A DNA stretch of 64,000 nucleotides, taken from contig JBFRWI010000145.1 of the NCBI GenBank assembly GCA_051439505.1, positions 1-64,000 on the forward strand, in the 5' to 3' direction. This DNA comes from Hormoscilla sp. (GTDB taxonomy: Bacteria > Cyanobacteriota > Cyanobacteriia > Cyanobacteriales > Desertifilaceae). The notes beneath the pieces were generated by a model that saw only the letters and a list, made by a program, of their open reading frames with translations, did no database searches and was not told the origin of the DNA. The position numbers were made by a program, and so were the translations under genes. Below, piece after piece: positions 31,139-41,234 of this stretch; position 1 is the first letter of the stretch; every line of letters begins with the position of its first letter.

Positions 31139-31333
31139 TCAATAACAGGATAGCGATTCGGCGATTCCTTTTTTGATTTCATCTCGTCGCCGTCTTGCCT
31201 CCGTCAGCCAAACCTTTTGAGTATTTTCATTTACATCCACCTCAATACTGGCTAATAGTTTATCTACTAGCTGTATTCTCAGATTCTTAGGCAAAGATAA
31301 GGCTTCCTGAGTAATTTTATCGACTGTTATCAT
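31139..31333 (-). CDS. Addiction-module antitoxin component, orphan and possibly truncated
   Basis: MITVDKITQEALSLP..RIQLVDKLLASI......W..EARRR.DEI pattern; no adjacent toxin. Confidence 0.65.
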   Translation of the reverse strand: MITVDKITQEALSLPKNLRIQLVDKLLASIEVDVNENTQKVWLTEARRRRDEIKKGIAESLSCY

Positions 31334-31427
31334 AGGACGTAGGACAGGCGTCTGGCCTGTCCGAATAGTTCGAGATCGAGAAGTCACCAAACCCAGTTTT
31401 TCCCCAAAACCGGGTTTGGTGACTATT

Positions 31428-32276
31428 TTAGTAGATCACCGCGCCTGGTCCTTCAGAGATGCCAGTATCCGGTATTTCCGTGTCTCCGGCCCACTCCGAA
31501 CCATCAAATATATTGCACCACAGCCACCCACTATCCTCTCGGCCTTGATGGAATACGTGTATTTGGTCGTTGTATACTACTGCTGATGGACCAGCCGTGA
31601 TTCCCGTGTCGGGCACCTTTTTGTCTCCCGCCCACTCCGAACCATCAAACACGTTGCACCACAGCCACCCATTATCGCCTCGGCCTTCGTGGAACACGTA
31701 TATTTGGTCGTTGTATACCACTGCTGCGGGATCGTCCGTCAGACCCGTGCGCTTTACCTCCGTGTCTCCAGCCCATTCTTCACCATCAAACACGTTGTAC
31801 CACAGCCAGCCGCTATCTCCTCGCCCCTGATGGAACACGTATATTTTGTCGTTGTATACCACTGCTGATGGACTAGAGGTTATCCCTGTTTTGGGTACCT
31901 TTTGGTCTCCTGCCCATTCTTCACCATCAAACACGTTGTACCACAGCCAGCCACTATCTCCTCGACCCTGGTGGAACACGTAGATTTTGTCGTTGTATAC
32001 CACTGCTGATGGTCCAGCGGTCATACCTGTTTTGGGTACCTCTTGGTCTCCTGCCCACTCGGAACCATCATACACATTGTACCAGAGCCAGCCACTATCT
32101 CCTCGGCCCTGGTGGAATACATATAATTGGTCGTTGTATACCACTGCTGATGGATCTCCGGTCATCCCCGTGTTGGGTACCTTTTGGTCTCCGGTCCACT
32201 CGGAACCATCAAAGGCATTGCCCCACAGCCATCCGCTATCTCCTCGACTCTGATGGAATACAAATATGTTGCTCAT
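31428..32276 (-). CDS. Six-bladed beta-propeller repeat protein (lectin-like), copy 2
   Basis: 282 aa = 6 x 47-aa repeat PSAVVYNDKIYVFHQGRGDSGWLWYNVFDGSEWAGD. Confidence 0.85.
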   Translation of the reverse strand: MSNIFVFHQSRGDSGWLWGNAFDGSEWTGDQKVPNTGMTGDPSAVVYNDQLYVFHQGRGDSGWLWYNVYDGSEWAGDQEVPKTGMTAGPSAVVYNDKIYVFHQGRGDSGWLWYNVFDGEEWAGDQKVPKTGITSSPSAVVYNDKIYVFHQGRGDSGWLWYNVFDGEEWAGDTEVKRTGLTDDPAAVVYNDQIYVFHEGRGDNGWLWCNVFDGSEWAGDKKVPDTGITAGPSAVVYNDQIHVFHQGREDSGWLWCNIFDGSEWAGDTEIPDTGISEGPGAVIY

Positions 32277-32520
32277 TATCTATCAATTCCCTCCAGCTAA
32301 TGGTTGATATCCAACTTTTCTCACACTGCGATCGGGCAGTTTTGGCCGCCAACTCACTTCAACCCGCAACCACTATATTTTGCTGCTGCTGGCCAACTAT
32401 GAGGGCGGCTCCTACCATTATTAATCCTGAGGTCGTTCTTGCCAATCTCCTCACAGAAACTCCCAAATATACTCTGCTTGTATAGTTTGGGAATTCCTGA
32501 TATTTCACGACCAAATCTTC

Positions 32521-33369
32521 TTAGTATACGACCGCCCCTGGTCCTTCAGAGATGCCCGTGTTTGGTATTTCCGTGTCCCCGGCCCACTCCGAACCATCAA
32601 ATATATTGCACCACAGCCAGCCACTATCATCTCGGCCTTGGTGGAACACGTGTATTTGGTCGTTGTATACCACTGCTGATGGTCCTGCTGTTATCCCCGT
32701 GTCCGGAACCTTTTGGTCTCCCGCCCACTCCGAACCATCAAACACGTTGCACCACAGCCACCCATGATCGCCTCGGCCCTCGTGGAACACGTATATTTGG
32801 TCGTTGTATACCACTGCTGCGGGATCGTCTGTCAGACCCGTGGCCTTTACCTCCGTGTCTCCGGCCCATTCTTCACCATCAAACACGTTGCACCACAGCC
32901 AGCCGCTATCTCCTCGCCCCTGATGGAACACGTATATTTTGTCGTTATATACCACTGCTGATGGACTAGAGGTAATTCCCGTATCGGGGACCTTTTGGTC
33001 TCCCGCCCATTCCGAACCATCAAACACATTGTACCACAGCCAGCCACTATCTCCTCGCCCCTGATGGAACACATAAAGAAGGCCGTTGTATACCACTGCT
33101 GATGGTCCAGCGGTGAGTCCCGTGTTGGGTACCTCTTGGTCCCCGGCCCACTCCGAACCATTATACACGTTGCACCAGAGCCACCCGCTATCTCCTCGGC
33201 CCTGGTGGAACACGTATATGTTGTCGTTGTATACTACTGCTGATGGATCTCCGGTCATCCCCGTGTTGGGTACCTCTTGGTCTCCAGTCCACTCGGAACC
33301 ATCAAAGGCATTGCCCCACAGCCATCCGCTATCTCCGCGACCCTGATGAAACACGACTATGTTGCTCAT
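32521..33369 (-). CDS. Six-bladed beta-propeller repeat protein (lectin-like), copy 1
   Basis: 282 aa, near-identical tandem paralog of 31428-32276. Confidence 0.85.
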   Translation of the reverse strand: MSNIVVFHQGRGDSGWLWGNAFDGSEWTGDQEVPNTGMTGDPSAVVYNDNIYVFHQGRGDSGWLWCNVYNGSEWAGDQEVPNTGLTAGPSAVVYNGLLYVFHQGRGDSGWLWYNVFDGSEWAGDQKVPDTGITSSPSAVVYNDKIYVFHQGRGDSGWLWCNVFDGEEWAGDTEVKATGLTDDPAAVVYNDQIYVFHEGRGDHGWLWCNVFDGSEWAGDQKVPDTGITAGPSAVVYNDQIHVFHQGRDDSGWLWCNIFDGSEWAGDTEIPNTGISEGPGAVVY

Positions 33370-33965
33370 TATTTATTAATTACCTCCACCTATTGGCTGA
33401 TATGAAACTCATTCTCGATCGGAGTAACTGTTTTACATCACCATTACACAGATCGCTCCTGCCGTCTAACTCCAGTCATCATGAAATTATTTTTCACCTG
33501 TTCTCTAACACACCGTTAGGGCAGCTTTTGTCGCCAACCCCTTGCCGCCTGCAACTGTTAATTCTGCTGCTGGGGGTTACTGGGGATCGCGACTCCTACC
33601 ATTATTGTGAACCATGATTTTCTTCATGTCAATAGGTGAAACTACTCATTCTACCTTCTATCTGGACAGCTACCCCGAACGTAATTCCCGGAGATCCCCT
33701 TACAGTCTGTTATTCTGTGAAATTTAATTTTACTGGGGCCCGATCGCCCGTCCGTCCGATGCCATTTCTATTAACTTGAGGGGATAATCCTCATGGGCAT
33801 AACTTAACATATATTCTGAATATTATATCCGAGGAAATTATTTCTGTCAAGGGCAGGTTATACTTTTTTTCAGGACTTAACTTGACTCTGCCCCGGGGTC
33901 TCCTCAAACAGCATCCCCAAAGGCCAGTGAGAGCAAAATGGCCACTTGACAAGATCTGCCGGTGA

Positions 33966-34296
33966 CGACCTAGCTCAATTTTGTCGGGTCCTCACTCAGT
34001 CCGGCCTCAGTACATTTACTCTGGCCACGGATTTGACTCCGGCCTGGGAGGGACTTTTTCCGGCCTGAGAGTGACTCAGATCGCCCTTGGCAATTGTGTT
34101 TCAAGTCAAAGCGAAACTTTTTGCCGCCAGAGAGAAACTGAGTTACTTCCGGGAATAACTCAGTTTCTCTTGAGAAGAACTGAGTCCCTCCCAAGAGGAA
34201 CTCAGTTTCTCCCGGGAGGAAACGGTTACTCCCGGGGAGAACTCAGTCCCTCGCGGGCAGAATTCAGTCCCTCTCGGGCAGGACTGAGTTATTCCA
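33966..34296. repeat. Degenerate array of about 16 quasi-palindromic 21-nt units
   Basis: ACT(C/G)AGT-like cores at 33973, 33994, 34053, 34074, 34116, 34137, 34158, 34179, 34200, 34221, 34241, 34262, 34283. Confidence 0.8.
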
Positions 34297-34463
34297 TGAT
34301 AAAATATCTCTATAGTTAAGGGGCGATCGCATTGGCAGCGACCTTTTCAGCCAACGCTGAAAAGGGAGAAAGCCCTTTGGAGGCGGCATTTTGTCCCGCC
34401 AGAGCAACTACCGGGCATCAGGGTCAGTATGTTTACCTTATCAATCGCGAAGAGGATATCTCC

Positions 34464-35126
34464 ATGGCCGACTATATTCCTTCCCCTGACAGTGATTTCA
34501 ACAACTGGCAAATAAATTTCGTTAACTACCAGCAAGCCAATAAAGCCGAACTTAACGTCAGCGACGAGGAGATTTCCACTCTCGTCGCCGCTCAATCTCG
34601 CTGGGAAACTTCCTACGAAGCTCATCTCAATGCCCAAGCAGCGGCCCAAAGCGCCCGTCAGCAAAAAGACTCGGACCGCCAAGCTTGGGAAAACGCCATC
34701 CGCAACCAAGTCCGCAAACTGCAAGCTAGCGACACCACCACTAACGGCCAGCGTGCTGCCCTCGGCATCACGATCCCGGAAAGCCACCGCACTCCCGCTA
34801 GCGTCCCCACGACGCGCCCGGTTGTGATTATCGCTGAAAGCAAACCCTTGAGTCACACGGTGCGTTTCTTTGACGAAACCACTCCTAACCGTCGGGCTAA
34901 ACCTGCTGGTGTCATGGGGGCGGAAGTTTGGGTGAAGATCGGGGACGCACCGCCGACGAATACGGATGAGTTGAAATTTATCGGCCTCGATACCCGCACT
35001 CCCTATGTATCGGAATTTGATAGCGAAGATGGGGGCAAAACTGCCTACTATCGGTTGCGCTGGGTCAACCCGAAAGGAAAGCCAGGGCCCTGGAGCGAAA
35101 TCGTGGGTGCCCCGATTATGCCATAG
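34464..35126 (+). CDS. Uncharacterised protein: N-terminal helical domain plus FnIII-like beta-sandwich
   Basis: 220 aa from ATG 34464 (GAGGA RBS); ends YYRLRWVNPKGKPGPWSE, an FnIII-like terminal strand motif. Confidence 0.8.
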   Translation: MADYIPSPDSDFNNWQINFVNYQQANKAELNVSDEEISTLVAAQSRWETSYEAHLNAQAAAQSARQQKDSDRQAWENAIRNQVRKLQASDTTTNGQRAALGITIPESHRTPASVPTTRPVVIIAESKPLSHTVRFFDETTPNRRAKPAGVMGAEVWVKIGDAPPTNTDELKFIGLDTRTPYVSEFDSEDGGKTAYYRLRWVNPKGKPGPWSEIVGAPIMP

Positions 35127-35261
35127 AAAGATATGTTTGTAGTAAGCACTTTAGTGCTTTAGGAGCGTAAGGACTAAAGTCCTTACTACGAACCGGCGCG
35201 ATCGCCTATAATCGGAGAAGAGTGGCCCATTTCGACCCCAGTCAGATCGATATCCAGCAGT

Positions 35262-35543
35262 TCTCTCTCTTCGCTGTCAGCCCGCCGGGGGTTCAAACCC
35301 TAAGGCTTTTAGCTAAAGTCGGTTAAAACTGATATCTTGCACCATTGTCAATTAGCCCGATAGCCCGCCGTGGGTTCAAACCCACGGCTAACAGATGAAG
35401 TGGGTTAAAACCCACTGGGAGCTTTATCGGGAGGGCATTTGGTCAACTTTTTACCCTCATTCCCGGGCTCCGCCTGGGAACGAGTTATTGAGGCTCCGCC
35501 TCTAGTTGAAAGTGGTGCAAGATATGAGTTAAAACCGACTAAT
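35262..35543. repeat. Dispersed palindromic repeat, interrupted here by a MITE
   Basis: CTTCGCTGTCAGCCCGCCGGGGGTTCAAACCC...AGCTAAAGTCGGTTAAAA|CCGACTAA; intact reverse-complement copy at about 53693-53769, partial copy at about 5886-5932. Confidence 0.8.
35329..35528. mobile_element. 200-bp MITE with CT(G/C)ATATCTTGCACCA termini and TTAAAA TSD
   Basis: Left CTGATATCTTGCACCA, right TGGTGCAAGATATGAG; TTAAAA at 35323-35328 and 35529-35534. Confidence 0.85.
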
Positions 35544-35670
35544 AATATAATGTTAAACTAATAGTAGCTAAGTAGCTAGACAGTGCGAAATTATTTAAAT
35601 AACTCTTGTCTGCTAAGGGTTTCAGCGATCTAAAGGCGAGAGGACAAAATTACTCACTTGAACTTGCGCT

Positions 35671-35860
35671 ATGATAACTGCGATCGCGATAGAAGGATTC
35701 AAAACTTTAGCAAAAGTTAGCTTAACTCTGGGAAACCTCAATTTCTTGAGCGGCACCAATGCTAGCGGTAAGTCTAACTTTTTTGATGGCCTGCGAGTCT
35801 TGCAGGGTATCGGTTATGGATTAACAATAGATGAAATATTCAATGGCAAACCCAAGAGAG
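35671..35860 (+). pseudogene. N-terminal fragment of an AAA_21/SMC-like ATPase
   Basis: MITAIAIEGFKTL...LNFLSGTNASGKSNFFDGL Walker A; recognisable similarity ends after about 62 aa. Confidence 0.75.
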
Positions 35861-36359
35861 TCCATAATATAATAGCAACAACCAAAGCACCTGCGATCGT
35901 CCATAGCCAACTCCAAGGGGACTTGCCAAAAACAGCCAACGCCCATAATATTGAAAGCAGAGATGTGCTCGTTACTGTCAATATTGCCAATAATTGCGAG
36001 GCTGTTATATAAAATACTATGAGCGTTGGCATACCCACAGCGGCTGCAAAAATTGCAATAAATGACAACAGGTATATAATCGATTTTAATCGCTCTTGTT
36101 CTTCTAGTTGATTTGTCTGAGGTACAACCTCCAATTTTTCTAATATCTGTAATAACTCTTCCTTTTCGGAAACGGATAAAATCTCTACTAGCGATGACCG
36201 TTGAGTCAGGATTTTATTTGTCAGTTCCCGAAATTTTATTTCTTCTTCCTGCGTGAATAGCGATGACTGTTGAGTCAGGATTTTATTTGTCAGTTCCCGA
36301 AATTTTATTTCTTCTTCCCGCGTTAAAATTGTATCAGTATTGTTTTGGGTTTCCATCAT
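35814..36359 (-). CDS. Hypothetical membrane protein with tandem EEEIKFRELTNKILTQ duplication
   Basis: ATG 36359 overlaps the upstream stop (ATGA); hydrophobic C-terminal half. Confidence 0.6.
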   Translation of the reverse strand: MMETQNNTDTILTREEEIKFRELTNKILTQQSSLFTQEEEIKFRELTNKILTQRSSLVEILSVSEKEELLQILEKLEVVPQTNQLEEQERLKSIIYLLSFIAIFAAAVGMPTLIVFYITASQLLAILTVTSTSLLSILWALAVFGKSPWSWLWTIAGALVVAIILWTLLGLPLNISSIVNP

Positions 36360-36745
36360 ACTACTCCGGATATTAAATAACTGCACAAAATTGCCAACAA
36401 CGAGCAACCTATTGAAGCAATTGCCAAAAATTGTAGATCTATCTCCTCTTCTTCTTGTCTCAATTTTACGTAATTACCTATGCTAAATAAAGCACTGGAA
36501 ACTAGAATATTGATAAGCAGCAAACTGAAACATACGCTTTCTAAATCATTATTTGGGCTCCCCTGAAAAAATCTTAGACTAATTGATGAACCAGAAAGGG
36601 TACTAGAGAAAATAAATAATTTTCCATCTTTTAATACCTGATACCATTCCTCACTAATATTCAATAGTTTCAGGAGCGTTAAGTTAATCACTATTGGCAT
36701 AAGAGGTAAAACTACATGGCTAAAAATCCAGAAATAAACTTCCAT
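36356..36745 (-). CDS. Hypothetical membrane protein (about 4 TM)
   Basis: 129 aa, AT-rich, four hydrophobic segments. Confidence 0.6.
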   Translation of the reverse strand: MEVYFWIFSHVVLPLMPIVINLTLLKLLNISEEWYQVLKDGKLFIFSSTLSGSSISLRFFQGSPNNDLESVCFSLLLINILVSSALFSIGNYVKLRQEEEEIDLQFLAIASIGCSLLAILCSYLISGVV

Positions 36746-36753
36746 GATACATT

Positions 36754-37011
36754 TTACTTATATTTACTCGTCGCTAACCCGGCGATAAAAGCTCCCAAAA
36801 TTGTCCCAGTCCACAAACCAGTAGTGCTTCCTTGCCATAGCGCCGTTGGCTTTACTAAACTGTCGCAGATGATATTCAATCCCCCCCATTTATTGTAGCA
36901 GGACTGGGTGCGATAGAATGTACTTACTTGGGAGCCCAGCCACATCCCAAATATTCCCGAACTTAGAGCGACAAAGGTGCAGATAATCGTTCTTTTGCCT
37001 TCATTGTTCAT
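36754..37011 (-). CDS. Small membrane protein (2 TM, Gly-rich)
   Basis: 85 aa; WQGSTTGLWTGTILGAFIAGL glycine-zipper-like helix. Confidence 0.6.
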   Translation of the reverse strand: MNNEGKRTIICTFVALSSGIFGMWLGSQVSTFYRTQSCYNKWGGLNIICDSLVKPTALWQGSTTGLWTGTILGAFIAGLATSKYK

Positions 37012-37092
37012 GATGATTGTTAATGGTTCATTGTTAATGGTTCATTGTTCATAACTGTAGTTACAAACAATGAACCCAAACACCCGATCGCC

Positions 37093-40000
37093 TCAACCGG
37101 TATTGCGCATGCCAGCGGCGATGCCGTTAATCGTCAACAAGGCCCCCCGCAGCAACTCCGACTTGCTGTAACGGGAAATCACTCCCGAGGCGGCATTATT
37201 TTGATGCTGGCGCAGGCGCTTCAGCAGGGATACCTGCAAGAACCCTAGGGGCACGATCGTCCCATTCCGCAACTGCACCGATCGCTGTAGTCCGGGGTCT
37301 CCATCCAACAGTCGTTCGTGCTCTGTAATTTTCAACACCAAATCCCGGGTGAGATCGTATTCCCCTAAGATTTGCTCGAACAACCGTTCAAAGCGGGGCA
37401 AATCTGCTGGTGGGGATAATTCCCGCAAGTAATATTTGGCAATTTGCATGTCCACCTTTGCCAAGGTCATCTCCACCTTCGAGATCGCCATTTTGAAAAA
37501 TGGCCATTTATCATAGAAACAGCGCATTAACTTCAAATGTCCCTCGGGAGACTGTTGCAAAAAGTCTTGCAAGGCCGTGCCCACTCCATACCAACTGGGC
37601 AGCAGATAGCGGGCCTGCGTCCAGCTAAATACCCAGGGGATCGCCCGCAGACCCGATAAACCCTTCTTCGCGCCCCCGCTGCGACGGGCGGGACGAGATG
37701 AGATTTGCAGTTGACTGATTTCTTGAATTGGCGTGGCGTGATGGAAGAAGTCGATGAAATCTGGCTCCTCGTAGATTAAGGCCCGGTAATGCGATCGGGC
37801 CTTGGTGGCCAACTCTTCCATGATTTCGTTCCAAGGTTGAATATCATCAAACCCGCTGCCCAACAGGCTAGCTTGCACCACCGCCGAGGCGATATTTTCC
37901 AGGTTGTATAGTGCCAACTCCGGTAAGGAGTATTTTGAGGCTAACACTTCTCCCTGTTCCGTGATTTTGATCCGTCCCGAGATGCTGCGGCCCGGTTGGG
38001 CGAGAATCGCTTCGTAGGCCGGTCCGCCGCCCCGACCTACCGAACCGCCCCGCCCGTGAAAGATCCGCAAGGCCACGCCGTATTGGTCTGCCACATCTTG
38101 CAAAGCTTTCTGGGCCTTCTGGATTTCCCAGTTGCTGCTTAAGAAGCCCGAATCTTTATTACTGTCCGAGTAGCCCAACATCACCTCTTGCACGATTACC
38201 CGCTTTTCCCCCTCGATCGCGGAGTAGCCTCCCGCGATCGCTGCTATATAGAAGGGCATATCGAACAGAGATTTCATAATCCCCGGTGCATTCTTCAAAT
38301 CTTCCACCGTTTCAAATAGGGGCACCACTTGGATGCTGGCCACCCCCGTGACTGGGTCGTACAGACCCGCTTCCTTTGCTAACAGCAACACCTCCAGGAT
38401 GTCGCTGACATCATTGCTCATGCTAATGATGTAGGTTTGGCTGATTTCCTTGCCAAACTCCTCTTGCAACTGGCGCAACATCCGTACCGTGGCGATCGTT
38501 TCGCTAGTTGCTTCTGAGAACGGCAGTTCTGCTGAAATTAATGGCCGGCGGGTTTGCAGTTCCGTCACCAACCAATTTACCCGTTCGGGTTCTGAAAGTT
38601 CCTCGTAGGGGCAGGGCAAAACTTGCATGTATGCTGCCACCTCGTTCAGGGCCGCACTGTGCCGCGAACTCTCCTGACGAATATCCAGATGGGCTAAATT
38701 GAACCCATATATTTCCACCTGACAGATCACTTCCTCTAGCTGCCGACAATTTAAATTTGTCTCCAGAAGCGATCGCTCGATCACCCGCAACTCTGCTAGA
38801 AACTCATCGGCATTTTCATAGCCATCTGCATCCCCCGATATTTCTGACAGCTGCGGTTCTGACTGGAGGTGAGATTTTCCCACCCTGCCCGTTTCCGTCC
38901 TTTTGCGAGCATTGCTTTTCTGGGTATTTTCCAACCGCTTGAGGATATAGGACAGCTTTAAGCGATAGGGTTCTTGCCGATAGCGAATTGCCAGTTCCTC
39001 GTATACCTTTGGCAAGCGCTGATGATCCTGTTCCAAAGACTCCAACAGTTCTGGCAACACCTCGCTCCAATGCTGCGACAGACTCAAGATATCGATCAAT
39101 TGCCGCACCGACTGAATGTATTTTTCCAGCACCAGATGTCGCTGATAGCACGCTGTTTGCCAGGTAACATCTGGCGTCACCGACGGGTTGCCGTCCCTGT
39201 CTGACCCCACCCAAGAACCAAACTTGCAGAAATTCGACTTGGGCGGTTCCAGGTAAGGAAAAGTCCCCTTTAATGCTAACTTAAACCGTTGATGTAGTTT
39301 GGGAATCACGTCAAATAGCACTTCCTGGAAGTAATGCAGCGTATAGTCTACTTCATCGAGGACTGTCGGTTTGAACTGATGCAGCTCATCCGTGCGCCAC
39401 CACAGGCGAATTTCTTCTGTCAGCTTCTCCAGCAACTCCCCTGCTTCCCCAGACTTTCCGGATGTCATTACCGCAGTCTGGCCCTCTGGACGTCCGATCG
39501 TCCCTTCTTCTAACTCATCCAACCGCTGTAAAATTTTCGCGATCCGGCGCTGCTTATCCCGGATCGTGTGGCGGACTATTTCTGTCGGGTGTGCCGTGAA
39601 CACTAACCGAATATCCAACTTGTCAATCAAATTCTGGATCTGACCCGGTGGCACGTTCAACTCCCGCAATTTGGGCAGCAGTGCGTGAAAATTGCGCAGA
39701 TCTCGCCGCTTCCCTCCTTCCGATTCTGATATGCTTTTTTCCAGTAGGCTTGCCTGGAACTTGCTCGTGCCGGCTTTTCCCCCCACCTCAACTGCATTTG
39801 TCCCGCTTTTCTTGCTGCCATTACCCGACGATCCGACTTCATCATCCTCCTTGACGATTTCTGCCCGATACTCTTGCTGTTGTCCCCGCTGGGTGTAATG
39901 CTGTTCTACTATATTTATCAGCTGAAAGTAAAGGGCAAAACCCCGCGTCGCCCGGATGGCTTCGTTGAAGTCCAGATTTTCGATCAACTGTTGCTCTTGG

Positions 40001-40284
40001 GAGCCAATTTTTCCCTCACCGTTGAATAAATTTGTCGGGGCCTGCCCTTCTGGAGAACTCATGGCCCGCATTGATGTCAGCAAGTTGATCAATTCTCGAC
40101 CGCACTCTTGCTCTAACACCGACTCCCACATTTGTTCCACCACTTTCAGGCGATGGCGCAGCAAGATTTCCGACTTCCAATTTGCTGTCATTTCTTCCGA
40201 TTCTCTAGCTGCGACACCCTCGCCCTTCGCTGCTGCTTTTTCTATACCGGTGCTAATTTCTTGATTGTAGACTGTTGAACTCAT
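37093..40284 (-). CDS. ppc: Phosphoenolpyruvate carboxylase
   Basis: [49 protein letters not shown], terminal GMRNTG. Confidence 0.98.
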   Translation of the reverse strand: MSSTVYNQEISTGIEKAAAKGEGVAARESEEMTANWKSEILLRHRLKVVEQMWESVLEQECGRELINLLTSMRAMSSPEGQAPTNLFNGEGKIGSQEQQLIENLDFNEAIRATRGFALYFQLINIVEQHYTQRGQQQEYRAEIVKEDDEVGSSGNGSKKSGTNAVEVGGKAGTSKFQASLLEKSISESEGGKRRDLRNFHALLPKLRELNVPPGQIQNLIDKLDIRLVFTAHPTEIVRHTIRDKQRRIAKILQRLDELEEGTIGRPEGQTAVMTSGKSGEAGELLEKLTEEIRLWWRTDELHQFKPTVLDEVDYTLHYFQEVLFDVIPKLHQRFKLALKGTFPYLEPPKSNFCKFGSWVGSDRDGNPSVTPDVTWQTACYQRHLVLEKYIQSVRQLIDILSLSQHWSEVLPELLESLEQDHQRLPKVYEELAIRYRQEPYRLKLSYILKRLENTQKSNARKRTETGRVGKSHLQSEPQLSEISGDADGYENADEFLAELRVIERSLLETNLNCRQLEEVICQVEIYGFNLAHLDIRQESSRHSAALNEVAAYMQVLPCPYEELSEPERVNWLVTELQTRRPLISAELPFSEATSETIATVRMLRQLQEEFGKEISQTYIISMSNDVSDILEVLLLAKEAGLYDPVTGVASIQVVPLFETVEDLKNAPGIMKSLFDMPFYIAAIAGGYSAIEGEKRVIVQEVMLGYSDSNKDSGFLSSNWEIQKAQKALQDVADQYGVALRIFHGRGGSVGRGGGPAYEAILAQPGRSISGRIKITEQGEVLASKYSLPELALYNLENIASAVVQASLLGSGFDDIQPWNEIMEELATKARSHYRALIYEEPDFIDFFHHATPIQEISQLQISSRPARRSGGAKKGLSGLRAIPWVFSWTQARYLLPSWYGVGTALQDFLQQSPEGHLKLMRCFYDKWPFFKMAISKVEMTLAKVDMQIAKYYLRELSPPADLPRFERLFEQILGEYDLTRDLVLKITEHERLLDGDPGLQRSVQLRNGTIVPLGFLQVSLLKRLRQHQNNAASGVISRYSKSELLRGALLTINGIAAGMRNTG

Positions 40285-40793
40285 AAGCTTTTCCGTGCTC
40301 CTTTTCTCTGATGCATCCGATTGTATACTTCTTTCAATTCCGATTACCTTTTGCTAGTTTCCTCCTTTCCCTTCCTACTGCTGCAAATTTTATCTTTTCT
40401 TCCATTTTTCAATCTTTTCGGCCATCGTTCTTGACTTTTCGGTGCAAGAGGCGATCTACACCTCTTAACCGGACAATAGCACTCGATCCCCTCACGCTCT
40501 ACTTGCGGCGAGTCGAACGCCGTCGTGGAGTCCTGGAGCGGATGGTTTGAGGAAGTAACGAACTATCGGCATGGCACACAATAATAGGATATTATATCAA
40601 ATAACTTGATTTTTGGGACCGACTGAACTGAAAAATCTGGCTGTCAGCGCACAGCCCGATTTTTCCACCAACGGTACCCCTCAAGGGTCCGGCTACACTA
40701 ACCTTCGCCCGCCTGCGCGGGCTAGAGTAGATGGGTTATCGTTGCACCCTAGATCTCAATAGAGGGTAGATTGACGACCGATTATGTTCGCTG

Positions 40794-41033
40794 TTAACTT
40801 TTTGCTGGGGAATTTTCCAACTGTTCGCGATTCAGCAGGGGCAGGCGATCGCCCCGGAAAATTTCTTCGCTGGTTAGGCCGAGACTGGCCAGCGCTTCTG
40901 AGACGGTATGGGCACAGGCCAAACCGATAAGCACCGGAGGTATGGCGAGACTCAATAGCATTTGAGACCCAACTGGACGATCGTGAGCAGCAAATGGCTG
41001 GCTATGAAGTATGGTGGAAGAGCGATCGGGCAT
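40794..41033 (-). CDS. Small conserved cyanobacterial hypothetical protein
   Basis: 79 aa; hydrophobic segment followed by SEEIFRGDRLPLL. Confidence 0.65.
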   Translation of the reverse strand: MPDRSSTILHSQPFAAHDRPVGSQMLLSLAIPPVLIGLACAHTVSEALASLGLTSEEIFRGDRLPLLNREQLENSPAKS

Positions 41034-41234
41034 GGTTGTCTGGGATAGAGTAGAAATCGCGATCGTAACATTTGTAACAAATATTGCTACACTTGTGGCA
41101 CGAAAGGGCCTGATAACTAGGGAATAAGCGTAGCATATATTTGAGAAGAATAACTTATAATCGCCCCCTACCAGTTGGATTTCGTGGGGAGACTCAACCT
41201 ACAGCTACTGACAATTGACAACTGATAACTGACA

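Noticed and set aside
31428..33369. Diversity-generating retroelement TR/VR pair
   Set aside because: Both copies are full ORFs, the differences do not look adenine-specific, and there is no reverse transcriptase in the window.
33966..34296. CRISPR array
   Set aside because: Period is only 21 nt, there is no conserved-repeat/unique-spacer alternation, and no cas gene is in the window.
41064..41092. NtcA or HLR1 site (GTAACATTTGTAACAAATATTGCTAC)
   Set aside because: Spacing fits neither GTA-N8-TAC nor the 10-bp HLR1 period.
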